Below are positions 39,032 to 48,913 of a stretch of DNA of 64,000 nt, piece after piece. The notes under the pieces were generated by a model. The model saw nothing but the letters and a program-made list of their open reading frames with translations. It had not been told where the DNA came from and made no database searches. Numbering within the stretch: position 1 is the first letter of the stretch; every line of letters begins with the position of its first letter. This DNA comes from Candidatus Eremiobacteria bacterium (GTDB lineage Bacteria; Vulcanimicrobiota; Vulcanimicrobiia; Vulcanimicrobiales; Vulcanimicrobiaceae), in assembly GCA_963737065.1 (NCBI GenBank), contig CAVTRC010000001.1, positions 928,001 to 992,000 on the forward strand. Direction: 5' to 3'. Both the position numbers and the translations under genes were made by a program.

Positions 39032-39541
39032 GTGGTAAGCTTCGTGCAATTGCGCTCGGTGGCAAGCCTCGTGCTGCAGCTTGCGATCCTCGGGGCTTTG
39101 ATCGCGGCATTTTTCGTTCGCACGCCGCAGGTGAGCGGGCTCTCGATGGAGCCGCACATCGATTCCGGCGAGTACGTGCTCATCAACACGCTGGCGTACC
39201 GATTCGGTCCTCCGCATCGCGGAGACATCGTCGCATTCATGCACATAGCGGATCGACCGGAAATCTATATCAAACGCGTGATCGGTATCGCAGGCGATCG
39301 CGTTCGAATCGATCGCGGCGTCGTTTACGTGAACGGTAACCCGCTTGACGAACCGTACGTGCGCTACAACGACGGACGGAGCTTCGGCGAGATTACCGTT
39401 CCGCCGAACAACGTCTACGTGCTCGGCGACAATCGAGCAAATAGCGAAGACTCGCGGTTCTTCGGTCCGGTCGCGGACAACGATTTGACCGGACGCGCGC
39501 TTGCCGGAATTTGGCCCCTGCATAACTTCGGGACGCTGTGA
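39032..39541 (+). CDS. lepB: Signal peptidase I (copy 3)
   Basis: SGLSMEP, YIKRVIG, GDNRANSEDSR. Confidence 0.9.
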   Translation: MVSFVQLRSVASLVLQLAILGALIAAFFVRTPQVSGLSMEPHIDSGEYVLINTLAYRFGPPHRGDIVAFMHIADRPEIYIKRVIGIAGDRVRIDRGVVYVNGNPLDEPYVRYNDGRSFGEITVPPNNVYVLGDNRANSEDSRFFGPVADNDLTGRALAGIWPLHNFGTL

Positions 39542-39548
39542 AGCCGCG

Positions 39549-40358
39549 ATGAACGCCGATCTCCAGCGCGCGGTCCAGTGGTATCCGGGGCACATGGTGC
39601 GCGCGATGCGCAAGATGAGCGAGTACCTGACCCTCGTGCACCTCGTGATCGAGGTGATCGATGCGCGTGCGCCGCGCAGCGACGCCAACCCGATGCTTGA
39701 CGCGTTGATCGGTAACCGCGTACGCCTCACGATTCTCAATCGCGACGATCTTGCCGACCCTGTAGCGACAAACGCGTGGATCGCCGATTATGCCTCACGC
39801 GGCCGCGAAACGATGGCGGCCGAGGGACGGCAGCAGCAAAGCGTCGGCCGGATTCTGCGCGCAGTGACGGCGCTCGCGGACAAACGCAGCGGCATGACGC
39901 GCGCAATCGTCGTCGGGCTCCCGAACTCCGGCAAGTCGTCCATTATCAACGGATTGCTCAAACGCGCCGCCGCGAAAACCGAAGATCGCGCGGGCGTGAC
40001 GCGTCAATTGCAATGGTTTCGTTTGGCGCCGGCGATCGAGCTGATGGATACGCCGGGCATTCTGGTCCCGAAAATCGAGACGCCCGAATCGCAATGGAAG
40101 CTCGCCCTTATCGGCGCCGTGCCCCGCGAACGCTACGATCCCGAAGAAGTCGCCGTCCATTTTCATCGCTGGCTGCTCGCCAAGACGAACGGCCGCACCG
40201 CCGTCCCGGATTTGGAAGACTTCGCACGCGCGCGTGGATTTGCACGCCGCGGCGGCGAGGTTGATTACCACAACGCGGCGCAATCATACATCCGCGCGTT
40301 CAACGACGGAACCTTTGGACGCTTGACCTTAGAAGCACCTGATGACGACGAAGCCTGA
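39549..40358 (+). CDS. rbgA: Ribosome biogenesis GTPase RbgA/YlqF
   Basis: QWYPGHM, DARAP, GLPNSGKSSIIN, GVTR, DTPG. Confidence 0.93.
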   Translation: MNADLQRAVQWYPGHMVRAMRKMSEYLTLVHLVIEVIDARAPRSDANPMLDALIGNRVRLTILNRDDLADPVATNAWIADYASRGRETMAAEGRQQQSVGRILRAVTALADKRSGMTRAIVVGLPNSGKSSIINGLLKRAAAKTEDRAGVTRQLQWFRLAPAIELMDTPGILVPKIETPESQWKLALIGAVPRERYDPEEVAVHFHRWLLAKTNGRTAVPDLEDFARARGFARRGGEVDYHNAAQSYIRAFNDGTFGRLTLEAPDDDEA

Positions 40359-41085
40359 TAAAAGGCGTAAAGCCAAAAACGCATACGAACGCGAACGCCG
40401 CCGTCTGCACCGGTTGCACCGGTATGAATACGCCGCGCGCGACAAAGGCTTCACGTTCATCGGCGGCGTGGACGAAGCTGGACGCGGTCCACTCGCAGGG
40501 CCTGTCGTCGCCGCATGTGTGGTCGCGCACGAACCGCTCCTGCTCAAAGGACTCAACGACTCGAAGCAAGTCCGCGCGGAGGTGCGCGTTCACCTCGCGC
40601 GCGAGATTCGCGAAGCAGCGCGCGGTTGGGGTATCGGGGTCGCGAGCGTGGAGGAGATCAACCAGCTCAATATCTATTGGGCAAGCGTTCTTGCGATGGA
40701 GCGCGCGATCGCGTCGCTGACGTGCGACCCGCCGGAATATCTTTTCACCGACGCCGTTCGGATCAAATCATTTTGCGGACCGCAAGAACCGCTGATCAAA
40801 GGGGACGCAATCTGCGCGGTAGTTTCCGCGGCGTCGATCCTCGCGAAAGTACACCGCGATGCACTTCTGATTCAACTGCACGAGACCGATCCGCGGTACC
40901 GCTTCGATCTGCATAAAGGATACGCAACGCCCGTCCACATCGAAGCCTTGAAAATTTACGGCCCGAGCGAACATCATCGCACGGCGTGGTGGCGTGTCCG
41001 TGATTCAAAGCTCGAACTCTTGTTCGAAGACGATGCGGACGCAATTGAACTGCGTGAACACGCAGAGCAAGGGACGCCGCGGTGA
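40342..41085 (+). CDS. rnhB: Ribonuclease HII
   Basis: GVDEAGRGPLAGPV, DSK, KGD, AASILAKVHRD, HKGY. Confidence 0.96.
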   Translation: MTTKPDKRRKAKNAYERERRRLHRLHRYEYAARDKGFTFIGGVDEAGRGPLAGPVVAACVVAHEPLLLKGLNDSKQVRAEVRVHLAREIREAARGWGIGVASVEEINQLNIYWASVLAMERAIASLTCDPPEYLFTDAVRIKSFCGPQEPLIKGDAICAVVSAASILAKVHRDALLIQLHETDPRYRFDLHKGYATPVHIEALKIYGPSEHHRTAWWRVRDSKLELLFEDDADAIELREHAEQGTPR

Positions 41086-41389
41086 GGACGCCGCCGCCGC
41101 CTTTTTGGAGTCACATGGATACCGCATCCTGGCTCGTAACTATCGTACGCCGAACGGCGAAGCGGATGTGATCGCATTGGACGGCACAGCGCTCGTTATC
41201 GTCGAGGTTAAGCGGCGCGACGGTCGCCGGTATGGGACCGCGCTTTCCGCGGTCGATTATAGAAAGAGGGAAACGTTGCGAGCCGTGGGCGAGGACTTCG
41301 CTCAAATCGCGGCGCCGACGGCGCGAATACGTTTCGATGTTGTCGCGATCGACGGCAATCGGATGGCCCTCCATCGAAACGCCTTCTAG
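41054..41389 (+). CDS. yraN: YraN family endonuclease-like protein
   Basis: GRRGEDAA, GYRILARN, GEADVI, VEVK, RFDV. Confidence 0.9.
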   Translation: MNTQSKGRRGEDAAAAFLESHGYRILARNYRTPNGEADVIALDGTALVIVEVKRRDGRRYGTALSAVDYRKRETLRAVGEDFAQIAAPTARIRFDVVAIDGNRMALHRNAF

Positions 41390-41467
41390 TGACGTCTGCG
41401 CAGACAAGAAGAATTATGGCGGGGAGTTCTGGAACACGTCACTGATTACTATGGACCGAACCGACTA

Positions 41468-42751
41468 GTGGACTCGCTCCAAGGACGGACGCTCGGCGGG
41501 CGCTATGAGATCGTCGAGCTCATCGGGCGGGGCGGTACGGCTGACACGTATCGTGCGCTCGACAAAACACTTCACCGCGACGTCGCGGTCAAAGTGCTCA
41601 TCGAGCGCTCCGACGCGACGAATGCGCGCCTTCTGATGGAAGCGCGCGCGATGGCGCGCTTGAATCACCCACACATCGTTGCGGTGTACGACGCCGGCGA
41701 AGACAACGGTATCTCGCACATCATCATGGAGCTCGTGCGGGGAAAGACGCTCGCGCAGTTGGAAGCCGGCGAACTGGGCTACCGGCAAGCGCTCGGATAT
41801 ATTCACGAAGTCCTCGAAGCGCTCGACTACGCCAATTCACAAGGAATTATTCACCGCGACATCAAGCCGTCGAACGTCATGATCGTCGAAGACGGCAAGC
41901 ATACGAAACTCACCGACTTCGGACTCGCGCGACGCGCGAGTGAAGTGACCCAAACCACGCACACGGGTCACATCGTTGGGACGATCTCATACTTAGCTCC
42001 CGAGCGGTTCCTCAGCAAACCGGCCGATGTTCGCAGCGATCTCTACTCCGTGGGCATCGTGATGTACGAGATATTTACCGGCACGCTGCCGTTCCGCAAT
42101 GACCGCGACGATATCGTTGCGACGATGTATTCGCACGTCCACGATCTGCCGACGCCGCCGCGCGAGATCAATCGAAACATTCCCGAATCGCTCGAACACG
42201 TCATCATGCGCGCAATCGAGAAAGATTCCGGACGGCGATATCAAACGGCGCGCGAGTTCATGGCCGATATCGCGGGATTGCTCGGTCCGGCCGTCCCCGT
42301 ATCGCACGTGGCGCCCGTTCCCGATGCGAGGCCGCTCAAGACGTTCACGCCGTCCGCAAAGACGACGGATCCTACACTGCGCCAAGCGCTGGATAAAGCA
42401 CTCGCCGGCTCGCGCAATCGCACGGACGCGTTGGAGAACGTGCTCAAGGGAATGATCGCCACCCGCCGCCGGGACTACGATGAAGCAAAAGACGCGTACG
42501 TCGCCGCAATGCACGAACTTTCAGCCGGGAAAAATGAATCGGAATACGCGAAGACCGCTCTGAAGTATGCAACGATGATTTTGCAGAAGGCCGCCGACGG
42601 CAAGCGCGAGCGCAATGAGCTTCGCGACGCGGTCAACCGTTTGAACGAAGCGCTTCGCATCTTTCACGACTACGGGCTGCACGAACAGTACGCGCACGCC
42701 GAGTACATGATTAACGCTCTGGAACGCACCGCGATCGGAATAATTTTCTAG
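41468..42751 (+). CDS. Hanks-type Ser/Thr protein kinase with cytoplasmic helical (TPR-like) C-terminus
   Basis: IGRGG, VAVK, HRDIKPSN, DFG, GTISYLAPE, DLYSVG; no TM or PASTA repeats seen. Confidence 0.93.
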   Translation: MDSLQGRTLGGRYEIVELIGRGGTADTYRALDKTLHRDVAVKVLIERSDATNARLLMEARAMARLNHPHIVAVYDAGEDNGISHIIMELVRGKTLAQLEAGELGYRQALGYIHEVLEALDYANSQGIIHRDIKPSNVMIVEDGKHTKLTDFGLARRASEVTQTTHTGHIVGTISYLAPERFLSKPADVRSDLYSVGIVMYEIFTGTLPFRNDRDDIVATMYSHVHDLPTPPREINRNIPESLEHVIMRAIEKDSGRRYQTAREFMADIAGLLGPAVPVSHVAPVPDARPLKTFTPSAKTTDPTLRQALDKALAGSRNRTDALENVLKGMIATRRRDYDEAKDAYVAAMHELSAGKNESEYAKTALKYATMILQKAADGKRERNELRDAVNRLNEALRIFHDYGLHEQYAHAEYMINALERTAIGIIF

Positions 42752-42761
42752 TACAGAATTT

Positions 42762-44381
42762 ATGCCGAAGGATCAAAATCCGGAGCTCCGCCGCTCGGTC
42801 ACGCCCTGGGGTTCGTTCTCCTGGGGCTACTCCGACGTCGGCGCGGACATCTTCGTCGGCCTCGGCCTCGTGCTCGGCGCCGCGGCCGGTGCATCGAACG
42901 TCGCATTTCTGTTCGCGGGCATTGTCTACGTTTGTATTGGGCTCGCCTACACGGAACTTGCGGCGACGTATCCGGTCGCGGGCGGCGGCCAGTATTTCGT
43001 CCTACGCGGCCTCGGCGACATCTTCGGGTTTATCGCGGGTTGGGCGGTGTTGCTCGATTTTACGATCGACATCGCGCTCTTTGCCTGGAGCTGCGTCGAT
43101 TACTTGAGCGAACTGCTTCCCATCGTGGGAAGCGGTTCGCATCCGTGGGCACACTTCGCACTGACGATCGGCTTGGTCGCCGGGTTGTGCACGCTGAACT
43201 TTATCGGTGTTCGCGAGTCGACCGCGTTCAACGGCTTCGTCAGCGGTCTCGATATCGTGAGCGAAACGGCGATCCTTACGCTCGGGTTCCTGTTCGCATT
43301 CAGCCCCGACTTGCTCGTGCATACGATGAAAACCAGCTGGCCGACGCCGTTCGAGTTCATGAAAGGCATTTCGCTTGCGATCGTCTCGTTCGTCGGGCTC
43401 GAATCGATTTCGCAGGCGGCCGAAGAAACGCAGCGTCCGGCGTCGATCATTCCGCGCACGTCGACCGCACTGATCCTGACGATTTTGATCTTTGCACTGT
43501 CCTACGCGAATCTCGCGCTCGGCATGCACACGTGGCATCCGATTCCGCCCAACGCAAACGGGCACGCGCAACTACTCTGGCAGTGGCTCGGAAACAGCGA
43601 CAACAACGGCAAGGCGGTCGCACTCATTGCGAAGCAGGTACCGTACTGGGGAGCGGTCGCGGCATTTTACGTGCCGGTGCTCGGCGCGGTGCTGCTGCTG
43701 ATCTCGTCAAACTCCGGCGTGTTCGGCAGTTCGCGCATCGCGTACGCGATGTCCAAAGGCGGCTTGTTGCCATCGATCTTTCAAAGCGTGCATCGCCGCT
43801 TCCGAACGCCGACCGTTTCACTGTTCGTCTTTAGCGGCGTGGCGCTCATCGAAGTGATCTTTGCGGCGCTGCCGTCGCTCAGTCCACGAATGGCGAACTT
43901 CTACGCCAAGCATTTCAACGGCGAAAGCGGCATCGATTTCTTGGGCGATCTCTACGCGTTCGGCGCAGCGACGAGCTATTCGTTCGTTTTTGTCGCGCTC
44001 GTCGCGCTGCGTCTGATGGATCCTCTGAGTCCGCGTAAGTTCAAAATGCCGGGAAATATTCCGTTTAAGTTCCGCGGAGAGCGGGTTGAGTTTCCGCTCA
44101 TTGCGGTCGTGGGCTTCGTCGGTATCGTAGCTATCTTAATCTTCACGATGATCACGCATCCGATCGGACGCATTGCGGGCCCGTTATGGATCGCGCTGGG
44201 CTTGATCCTGTACTTCGTCTATCGCAAGCATAAAGCGTTACCGCTCTTCCATTCGCATAAGCGGGACTGGCGCAGCGAGCAGATGGGCATTCTGCGCCGT
44301 GCCGGCGAGTTGGAGCTGTATGACGAATACACCGCAAATCTGAAAGCAAGCGACGAGCGACGCATGAAAGAAGCCGTGTAG
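42762..44381 (+). CDS. APC family amino acid permease
   Basis: About 12 TM; YTELAATYPVAGG, SFVGLESI, SRIAYAMS. Confidence 0.9.
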   Translation: MPKDQNPELRRSVTPWGSFSWGYSDVGADIFVGLGLVLGAAAGASNVAFLFAGIVYVCIGLAYTELAATYPVAGGGQYFVLRGLGDIFGFIAGWAVLLDFTIDIALFAWSCVDYLSELLPIVGSGSHPWAHFALTIGLVAGLCTLNFIGVRESTAFNGFVSGLDIVSETAILTLGFLFAFSPDLLVHTMKTSWPTPFEFMKGISLAIVSFVGLESISQAAEETQRPASIIPRTSTALILTILIFALSYANLALGMHTWHPIPPNANGHAQLLWQWLGNSDNNGKAVALIAKQVPYWGAVAAFYVPVLGAVLLLISSNSGVFGSSRIAYAMSKGGLLPSIFQSVHRRFRTPTVSLFVFSGVALIEVIFAALPSLSPRMANFYAKHFNGESGIDFLGDLYAFGAATSYSFVFVALVALRLMDPLSPRKFKMPGNIPFKFRGERVEFPLIAVVGFVGIVAILIFTMITHPIGRIAGPLWIALGLILYFVYRKHKALPLFHSHKRDWRSEQMGILRRAGELELYDEYTANLKASDERRMKEAV

Positions 44382-44382
44382 G

Positions 44383-44562
44383 ATGCTCGTTCTTCGCGGC
44401 GCGCTCTCGGTGTTCACGATGGTTGTGGGCGCGGTCGTCGTCATTGAGATGCTGCGCTATCCGATCGCGCAATCGTTCACCGGCATCGTGCTCGGCGGCG
44501 CGATGATCCTGCTCGGGACGATCCGTTTGCGTCAGGTCCGCGAGGCCATGCGTCACCGATGA
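44383..44562 (+). CDS. Small two-TM membrane protein (59 aa)
   Basis: Below track cutoff; MLVLRGALSVFTMVVGAVVVIEMLRYPIAQSFTGIVLGGAMILLGTIRLRQVREAMRHR fills the gap and ATGA-overlaps the next gene. Confidence 0.7.
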   Translation: MLVLRGALSVFTMVVGAVVVIEMLRYPIAQSFTGIVLGGAMILLGTIRLRQVREAMRHR

Positions 44563-45185
44563 TCTACAGCACCACCGATATCCATGTGACCGTTGCGGGC
44601 GTCGTCATCGCATTCGTCATTCTGATAGCCGTTGGCGCAACGCTTTGGTGGATGCTGCATCCTCCGGCGTCGTTCGTACAACGGCTGGCGAAAGAAGCCG
44701 AGACGGAACTGGAGCGCATGGTCGGCTCGATCGTCGTCGTCTTTTCACCAGACATCCTCTCCGGACATATGATGGCGCTCGCTGCGAAATTAGCGCGAGG
44801 CGAGAAATCGGATCTGCTCGCCGTCTACGTGATCGAGGTTCCGTACACGCTTCCACCAGACGCGGAAATGCCGCTCGAGGAACGCGCCGCGCTTGATGCG
44901 CTCGGGGCAGCCGAAACGATCGCGACGAATACTGACGTTAATCTACGGACGGAGACGCTCAAAGCGCGTTCAACCAAACAGGCGGTACTCGACTTAGCAA
45001 AACGCGAAAAGGCGGATCTCATCATTCTGGGTTCGTTCCGCGAAGGAAAGTATAGCGGTGCGCCGCTCGGCCGAACGATCGAAGAAATTGCCGCCGACGC
45101 CAAATGCGACGTGCTGATCGGTGTCGAGGGTAAGCACGGCACGCTGCTCTACGAAGAGTCGTTAACGCCGGGCGCACAACTCTAA
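44559..45185 (+). CDS. Universal stress protein with N-terminal TM anchor
   Basis: LLAVYVIEVP, ADLIILGS, LGRT, AKCDVLI. Confidence 0.88.
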   Translation: MIYSTTDIHVTVAGVVIAFVILIAVGATLWWMLHPPASFVQRLAKEAETELERMVGSIVVVFSPDILSGHMMALAAKLARGEKSDLLAVYVIEVPYTLPPDAEMPLEERAALDALGAAETIATNTDVNLRTETLKARSTKQAVLDLAKREKADLIILGSFREGKYSGAPLGRTIEEIAADAKCDVLIGVEGKHGTLLYEESLTPGAQL

Positions 45186-45196
45186 ACGGAGGATTC

Positions 45197-45875
45197 ATGG
45201 AAAGATCACGGACCCCGCTCCTCATTCTCGTAGCGGCGCTCGCTGCCGTACTGCTGCCGCGAGCGTTTGCGGATGCAGCGTCGGGCACCCCGGCGCTTTC
45301 GGCGTTCGATGACGCGTTCGCAAAAACGACGAGCTTCACGTACAAGCTTCATTCACACGAGGTGAACAACAGCGGCGACGTTCAGGATCGAGTCTACGAC
45401 TACTCGTTCATGAAGCCGCACTTTGCAAAAACGCTAATTGAGTCGGGGCCCGGGAAAGGCTCCGGCGCGGTATGGGCCGGTGGCGATCAAGTGAGCGGAC
45501 ATCAAGGCGGATTTCTCTCCGGGATTCACTTGAAGGTCGGTCTCCATGACGCACGCGCGGTGTCGATTCGCGGCTACACGATGCCGGACGGGTTGCCGCA
45601 AAACATCGTTCAGCGATATACGTCCGTCAAGGGCGAGCTCTCGCAGACGTCCGATGCCGGAATGATCGAAGGCGCCCAAACCGATCTGCTGACGCTCAAA
45701 GTCGCGGATGCCTGCAAACAACGACGGCATTTCGTTGCAGAAACTGTATCTCTCGCAACAATCACACTTCCCCGTGCGTCAGGTGCTCTACGCAGGCGAC
45801 AAAGTCGTTCTCGACCAGTCGTTCACCGACTGGAACCTGAACGCGAACCTTTCGGGAAACGACTTCCCGTTCTAG
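45197..45875 (+). pseudogene. Exported LolA-like fold protein, frameshifted by one extra base near 45710 (possibly a sequencing error)
   Basis: Signal peptide, FMKPH; removing one G restores ...VADPANNDGISLQKLYLSQQSHFPVRQVLY...FTDWNLNANLSGNDFPF*, a LolA-like ending. Confidence 0.65.
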
Positions 45876-45886
45876 GTTTATGTCAT

Positions 45887-46375
45887 ATGAGCACAAGCGC
45901 GTGCGATGTAAACAACCGGTTTGTCATCTTGTCACGCAAGATGGCGCAAACCGTACGAATACCGGGGCGCTACGCGGTTATCTCAATCAACGACAATCGC
46001 GAGAGTCCGCAAGACACGCTTGCGGAAATATGCAAGGTCAAACGAGGCTACGTTGACATACTGCAAATTATCTTTGATGACCTGACGCCCGAAAGCCACG
46101 ATCCGGCCACCTTTCCGCATCACGTCGTCATGACCGACGCAATGGCCGACGAGGTCGTGCGGTTCTGGAATCGCTGGCGTCACGATGTCGACCGCTTCAT
46201 GATCCACTGCACGGCCGGAATTTCACGCAGCTCAGGCGTTGGGTCGGCACTCGCGCGACTCGAAGGCGACCGCGAAGCCGAAGCGGCCTGCTATGCCGGC
46301 ACCATGCCGAACATGTACGTCCGCCGCTTGATCGAACGCGCCGCCGCCCGACTGCAGGTTGGTCCGTACGCGTAA
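45887..46375 (+). CDS. Protein-tyrosine/dual-specificity phosphatase-like protein
   Basis: CX5R motif IHCTAGISRS, AVISI, FDD, PN; own ATG at 45887 (fused to upstream gene in the track only through the frameshift). Confidence 0.85.
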   Translation: MSTSACDVNNRFVILSRKMAQTVRIPGRYAVISINDNRESPQDTLAEICKVKRGYVDILQIIFDDLTPESHDPATFPHHVVMTDAMADEVVRFWNRWRHDVDRFMIHCTAGISRSSGVGSALARLEGDREAEAACYAGTMPNMYVRRLIERAAARLQVGPYA

Positions 46376-46378
46376 CGC

Positions 46379-46753
46379 TCAAACGCGTTCTTCGTAAAAC
46401 TCTTCGATGCGTTCGTAGACCTCCGGCGGGAAATCTAGATCCTTGTAGACGTTCCCTTCGCCCGGATCATCGTGCGGAAGGATCGGAAACTCTTGTTTCG
46501 ATTGAAACTCCGCGATCTTCCGGCGTGACGGCGGATTGTAGTCGTGTGCCTTCACTTGTAACACGAGGGCTCGCGCCTTCTTCTCATCGCAATCGGCACC
46601 TTTGCACAGGATGTCGACCAGCTCGTCATCATCGGCAAAATAGCGGGCCACCATGACGAAGATCAAGCGGCCGTAATGTCCGATGTCCTTGCCTTCTTCG
46701 AGCGACTCGATCAACCAGCGCATCATGGGATTTTTACGCACGTTCTCGTCCAT
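46379..46753 (-). CDS. Hypothetical protein resembling primase large-subunit C-terminal (PriL-CTD/PriX) domain
   Basis: NPMMRWLIESLEEGKDIGHYGRL...DEKKAR...YNPPS pattern. Confidence 0.55.
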   Translation of the reverse strand: MDENVRKNPMMRWLIESLEEGKDIGHYGRLIFVMVARYFADDDELVDILCKGADCDEKKARALVLQVKAHDYNPPSRRKIAEFQSKQEFPILPHDDPGEGNVYKDLDFPPEVYERIEEFYEERV

Positions 46754-46821
46754 ACGCGCTTTATACCCGAACACACGTTCGCCTAACATAACGTGCGGAC
46801 AAGATTGCGGCGGCGGGCGCC

Positions 46822-47835
46822 CTAGATTTTGCCGTGCGCGCCGCAGCTCGATTCGTCGCCGCCAAAGATTACCGCTCGCCCACATGCCGAGCGGAACATG
46901 CGGCGGTTGTCGTGCGGCACGCCCGGGACGAACGCAAAGTCTTGCGCCGTCCCCGACGGGTGACGCGTGCGCATGTAGGCGATGTAGTTTTTGCCGCGCG
47001 CAAAGCGATACGGCCCTTGCGCTTCGCCGCCGCAGCTGCGATCGAGGTCGTCCTCATTGGGATTTGTGTCTGCGGTACCGAGCAAATAGGTTACGTGACG
47101 TTGCACGTAGCGCGCTTCGAGTTGCGCATCGGTTCCCTCCACATACGACGGCGCTCCCGCAATCCCGTACCGCCACTGATTGAAGTCGGGACAATCGCTG
47201 ACGCGTACCGGCCGGTCGTCACTGAAATAGAAATACGATGATGGATTCGCAACTACGAGGTGCACCGGAACCGGACGGCCGGAATCCATCTGCGCCGCAT
47301 GGCCGACTGCAGCATACCGCTGAATGATTTGGCCGCCGGCAGAATGTCCCGCAATGACGATCTCTCTAAGCTTCGGAAACCGCGTGCGATCCGAAAGCCG
47401 CGCAATCATCGCATCGAACACCGCGTAGCTGCTGATCGGCGCGGGCGCGAGCGCCGCCGAGCCGCCCGGCCATTTGCCGCTCCATCGCAGCGTATCAGCG
47501 GGCAGCCCGTGTCCTCGTATGTCTTGCGCCTCGACGAATTGCGGCGAAATAACGAGCACGTCGGAACGTCCCTCGTCGTGGACGGCTTCCATGCCGGTGT
47601 CGTAATAATAGTCCGCGTCGCGCAGCACACCGTGCACGATGATCAACGCCATCGTCGCATCGCGATTCCCGTCGAGCGTACCATTGGCAAAGTAGAGCGC
47701 GCGGCCCGCGCCTTGCGGTGTTGAAACGACGAATTGCAGCGGCGCAAGCCGGTTGAAATGATCGGGCTGCGGCGTATCGGTCGGCATCGGTGCCGTGATC
47801 GCAGCAGCAAGAACGAGCGCAAGAAACTTCAGCAT
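46822..47835 (-). CDS. Secreted alpha/beta hydrolase
   Basis: Signal peptide, HG, GHSAGGQ nucleophile elbow, VPH. Confidence 0.85.
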   Translation of the reverse strand: MLKFLALVLAAAITAPMPTDTPQPDHFNRLAPLQFVVSTPQGAGRALYFANGTLDGNRDATMALIIVHGVLRDADYYYDTGMEAVHDEGRSDVLVISPQFVEAQDIRGHGLPADTLRWSGKWPGGSAALAPAPISSYAVFDAMIARLSDRTRFPKLREIVIAGHSAGGQIIQRYAAVGHAAQMDSGRPVPVHLVVANPSSYFYFSDDRPVRVSDCPDFNQWRYGIAGAPSYVEGTDAQLEARYVQRHVTYLLGTADTNPNEDDLDRSCGGEAQGPYRFARGKNYIAYMRTRHPSGTAQDFAFVPGVPHDNRRMFRSACGRAVIFGGDESSCGAHGKI

Positions 47836-47887
47836 GCACTTTCACGATAGCCGTTCGCGGTGAGCGAGGCTAGGGGGCGGAAATCCG

Positions 47888-48913
47888 CTACGTCTTCGCG
47901 AGATAGCGTTTGCGAAGTTCGTCGAGGACGACGGCGAGCAGAATCACGATGCCGAGCACGACTTTTTGCATATACGAATCAACGTGAATCAAGTTCATCG
48001 CATTGTACAGCAGCCCGATGAGCAGCGCGCCGAAGAACGTGCCGACGATCGAACCCTGGCCGCCCATCAAACTCGTACCGCCGACAACGACGGCCGCAAT
48101 TGCCTCGAGGAGCTCATCGCCCGTACCGGTTTGCGGAGAGCCCGACGAGAACAGCGCCATGTACAAGAAGCCGACGATCGCCGCGCACATTCCGCTGATG
48201 ACGTACACCATCGTCTTCACGCGCGAGGTATTGACGCCGGCAAGCCGTGCGGCTTCCTCATTGCCGCCGATCGCAAAGACGTAGCGGCCGAAGCGCGTGC
48301 GCATCAACAAGACCGACGCAAGCACGATTACGACGATCATCCAGATCACCGGCGTCGGAATGGCGGGCAAATGCAACACCTTCGTCACGCCTCCGAGGAA
48401 CGATCCGTACCCGACCCCACCGAACGCATCGGAGCGCAACGCCACCGGTCGCCCACCCGAGACGATATACGAAAGCCCGAGCGTGACTTCGAGCATCGCG
48501 AACGTCGTGATGAACGGCGGCAGATTGAGCTTCACCACCGGCAACGCGTTGATCCATCCGGCGGCGCCGCCAACGATCAGCCCCGCGATAAGGGTAACGA
48601 CCAACAAACCGACGCCGCCGAACGGCAACGCATTCGCGACCGTCGCCATGACGACGCCCGTTAGCGACACGAGCGAACCGATCGAGAGATCGATACCGGC
48701 CGTTATAATGACGAACGTCTGGCCGACGCCGAGGATGCAGTTATACGTGATCTGGCGGAGGACTTGAACGATGTTGCCGGGCTGCAGGAATGCACCGTGC
48801 GCGGCAACGTTGACACCCGCCATCAGAACAATCACGACGAGGATTGCAACGCCGATTCGCAGCCAGTAATTCTGCAGAAGCGAGGTCGAGCCGGTCTTGA
48901 CCGTGCCGTTCAT
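47888..48913 (-). CDS. Monosaccharide (ribose-type) ABC transporter permease
   Basis: GQTFVIITAGIDLSIGS, PPFITT, FGRYVFAIGGNEEAARLAG, AAVVVGGTSLMGG. Confidence 0.93.
   Translation of the reverse strand: MNGTVKTGSTSLLQNYWLRIGVAILVVIVLMAGVNVAAHGAFLQPGNIVQVLRQITYNCILGVGQTFVIITAGIDLSIGSLVSLTGVVMATVANALPFGGVGLLVVTLIAGLIVGGAAGWINALPVVKLNLPPFITTFAMLEVTLGLSYIVSGGRPVALRSDAFGGVGYGSFLGGVTKVLHLPAIPTPVIWMIVVIVLASVLLMRTRFGRYVFAIGGNEEAARLAGVNTSRVKTMVYVISGMCAAIVGFLYMALFSSGSPQTGTGDELLEAIAAVVVGGTSLMGGQGSIVGTFFGALLIGLLYNAMNLIHVDSYMQKVVLGIVILLAVVLDELRKRYLAKT

Noticed and set aside
41388..41443. Inverted repeat agtgacgt...acgtcact before the kinase gene
   Set aside because: Only 8 bp with a long gap; not distinguishable from chance.
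45197..46375. Novel secreted phosphatase fusion (392-aa track ORF)
   Set aside because: Explained by a single extra base joining two separate genes.
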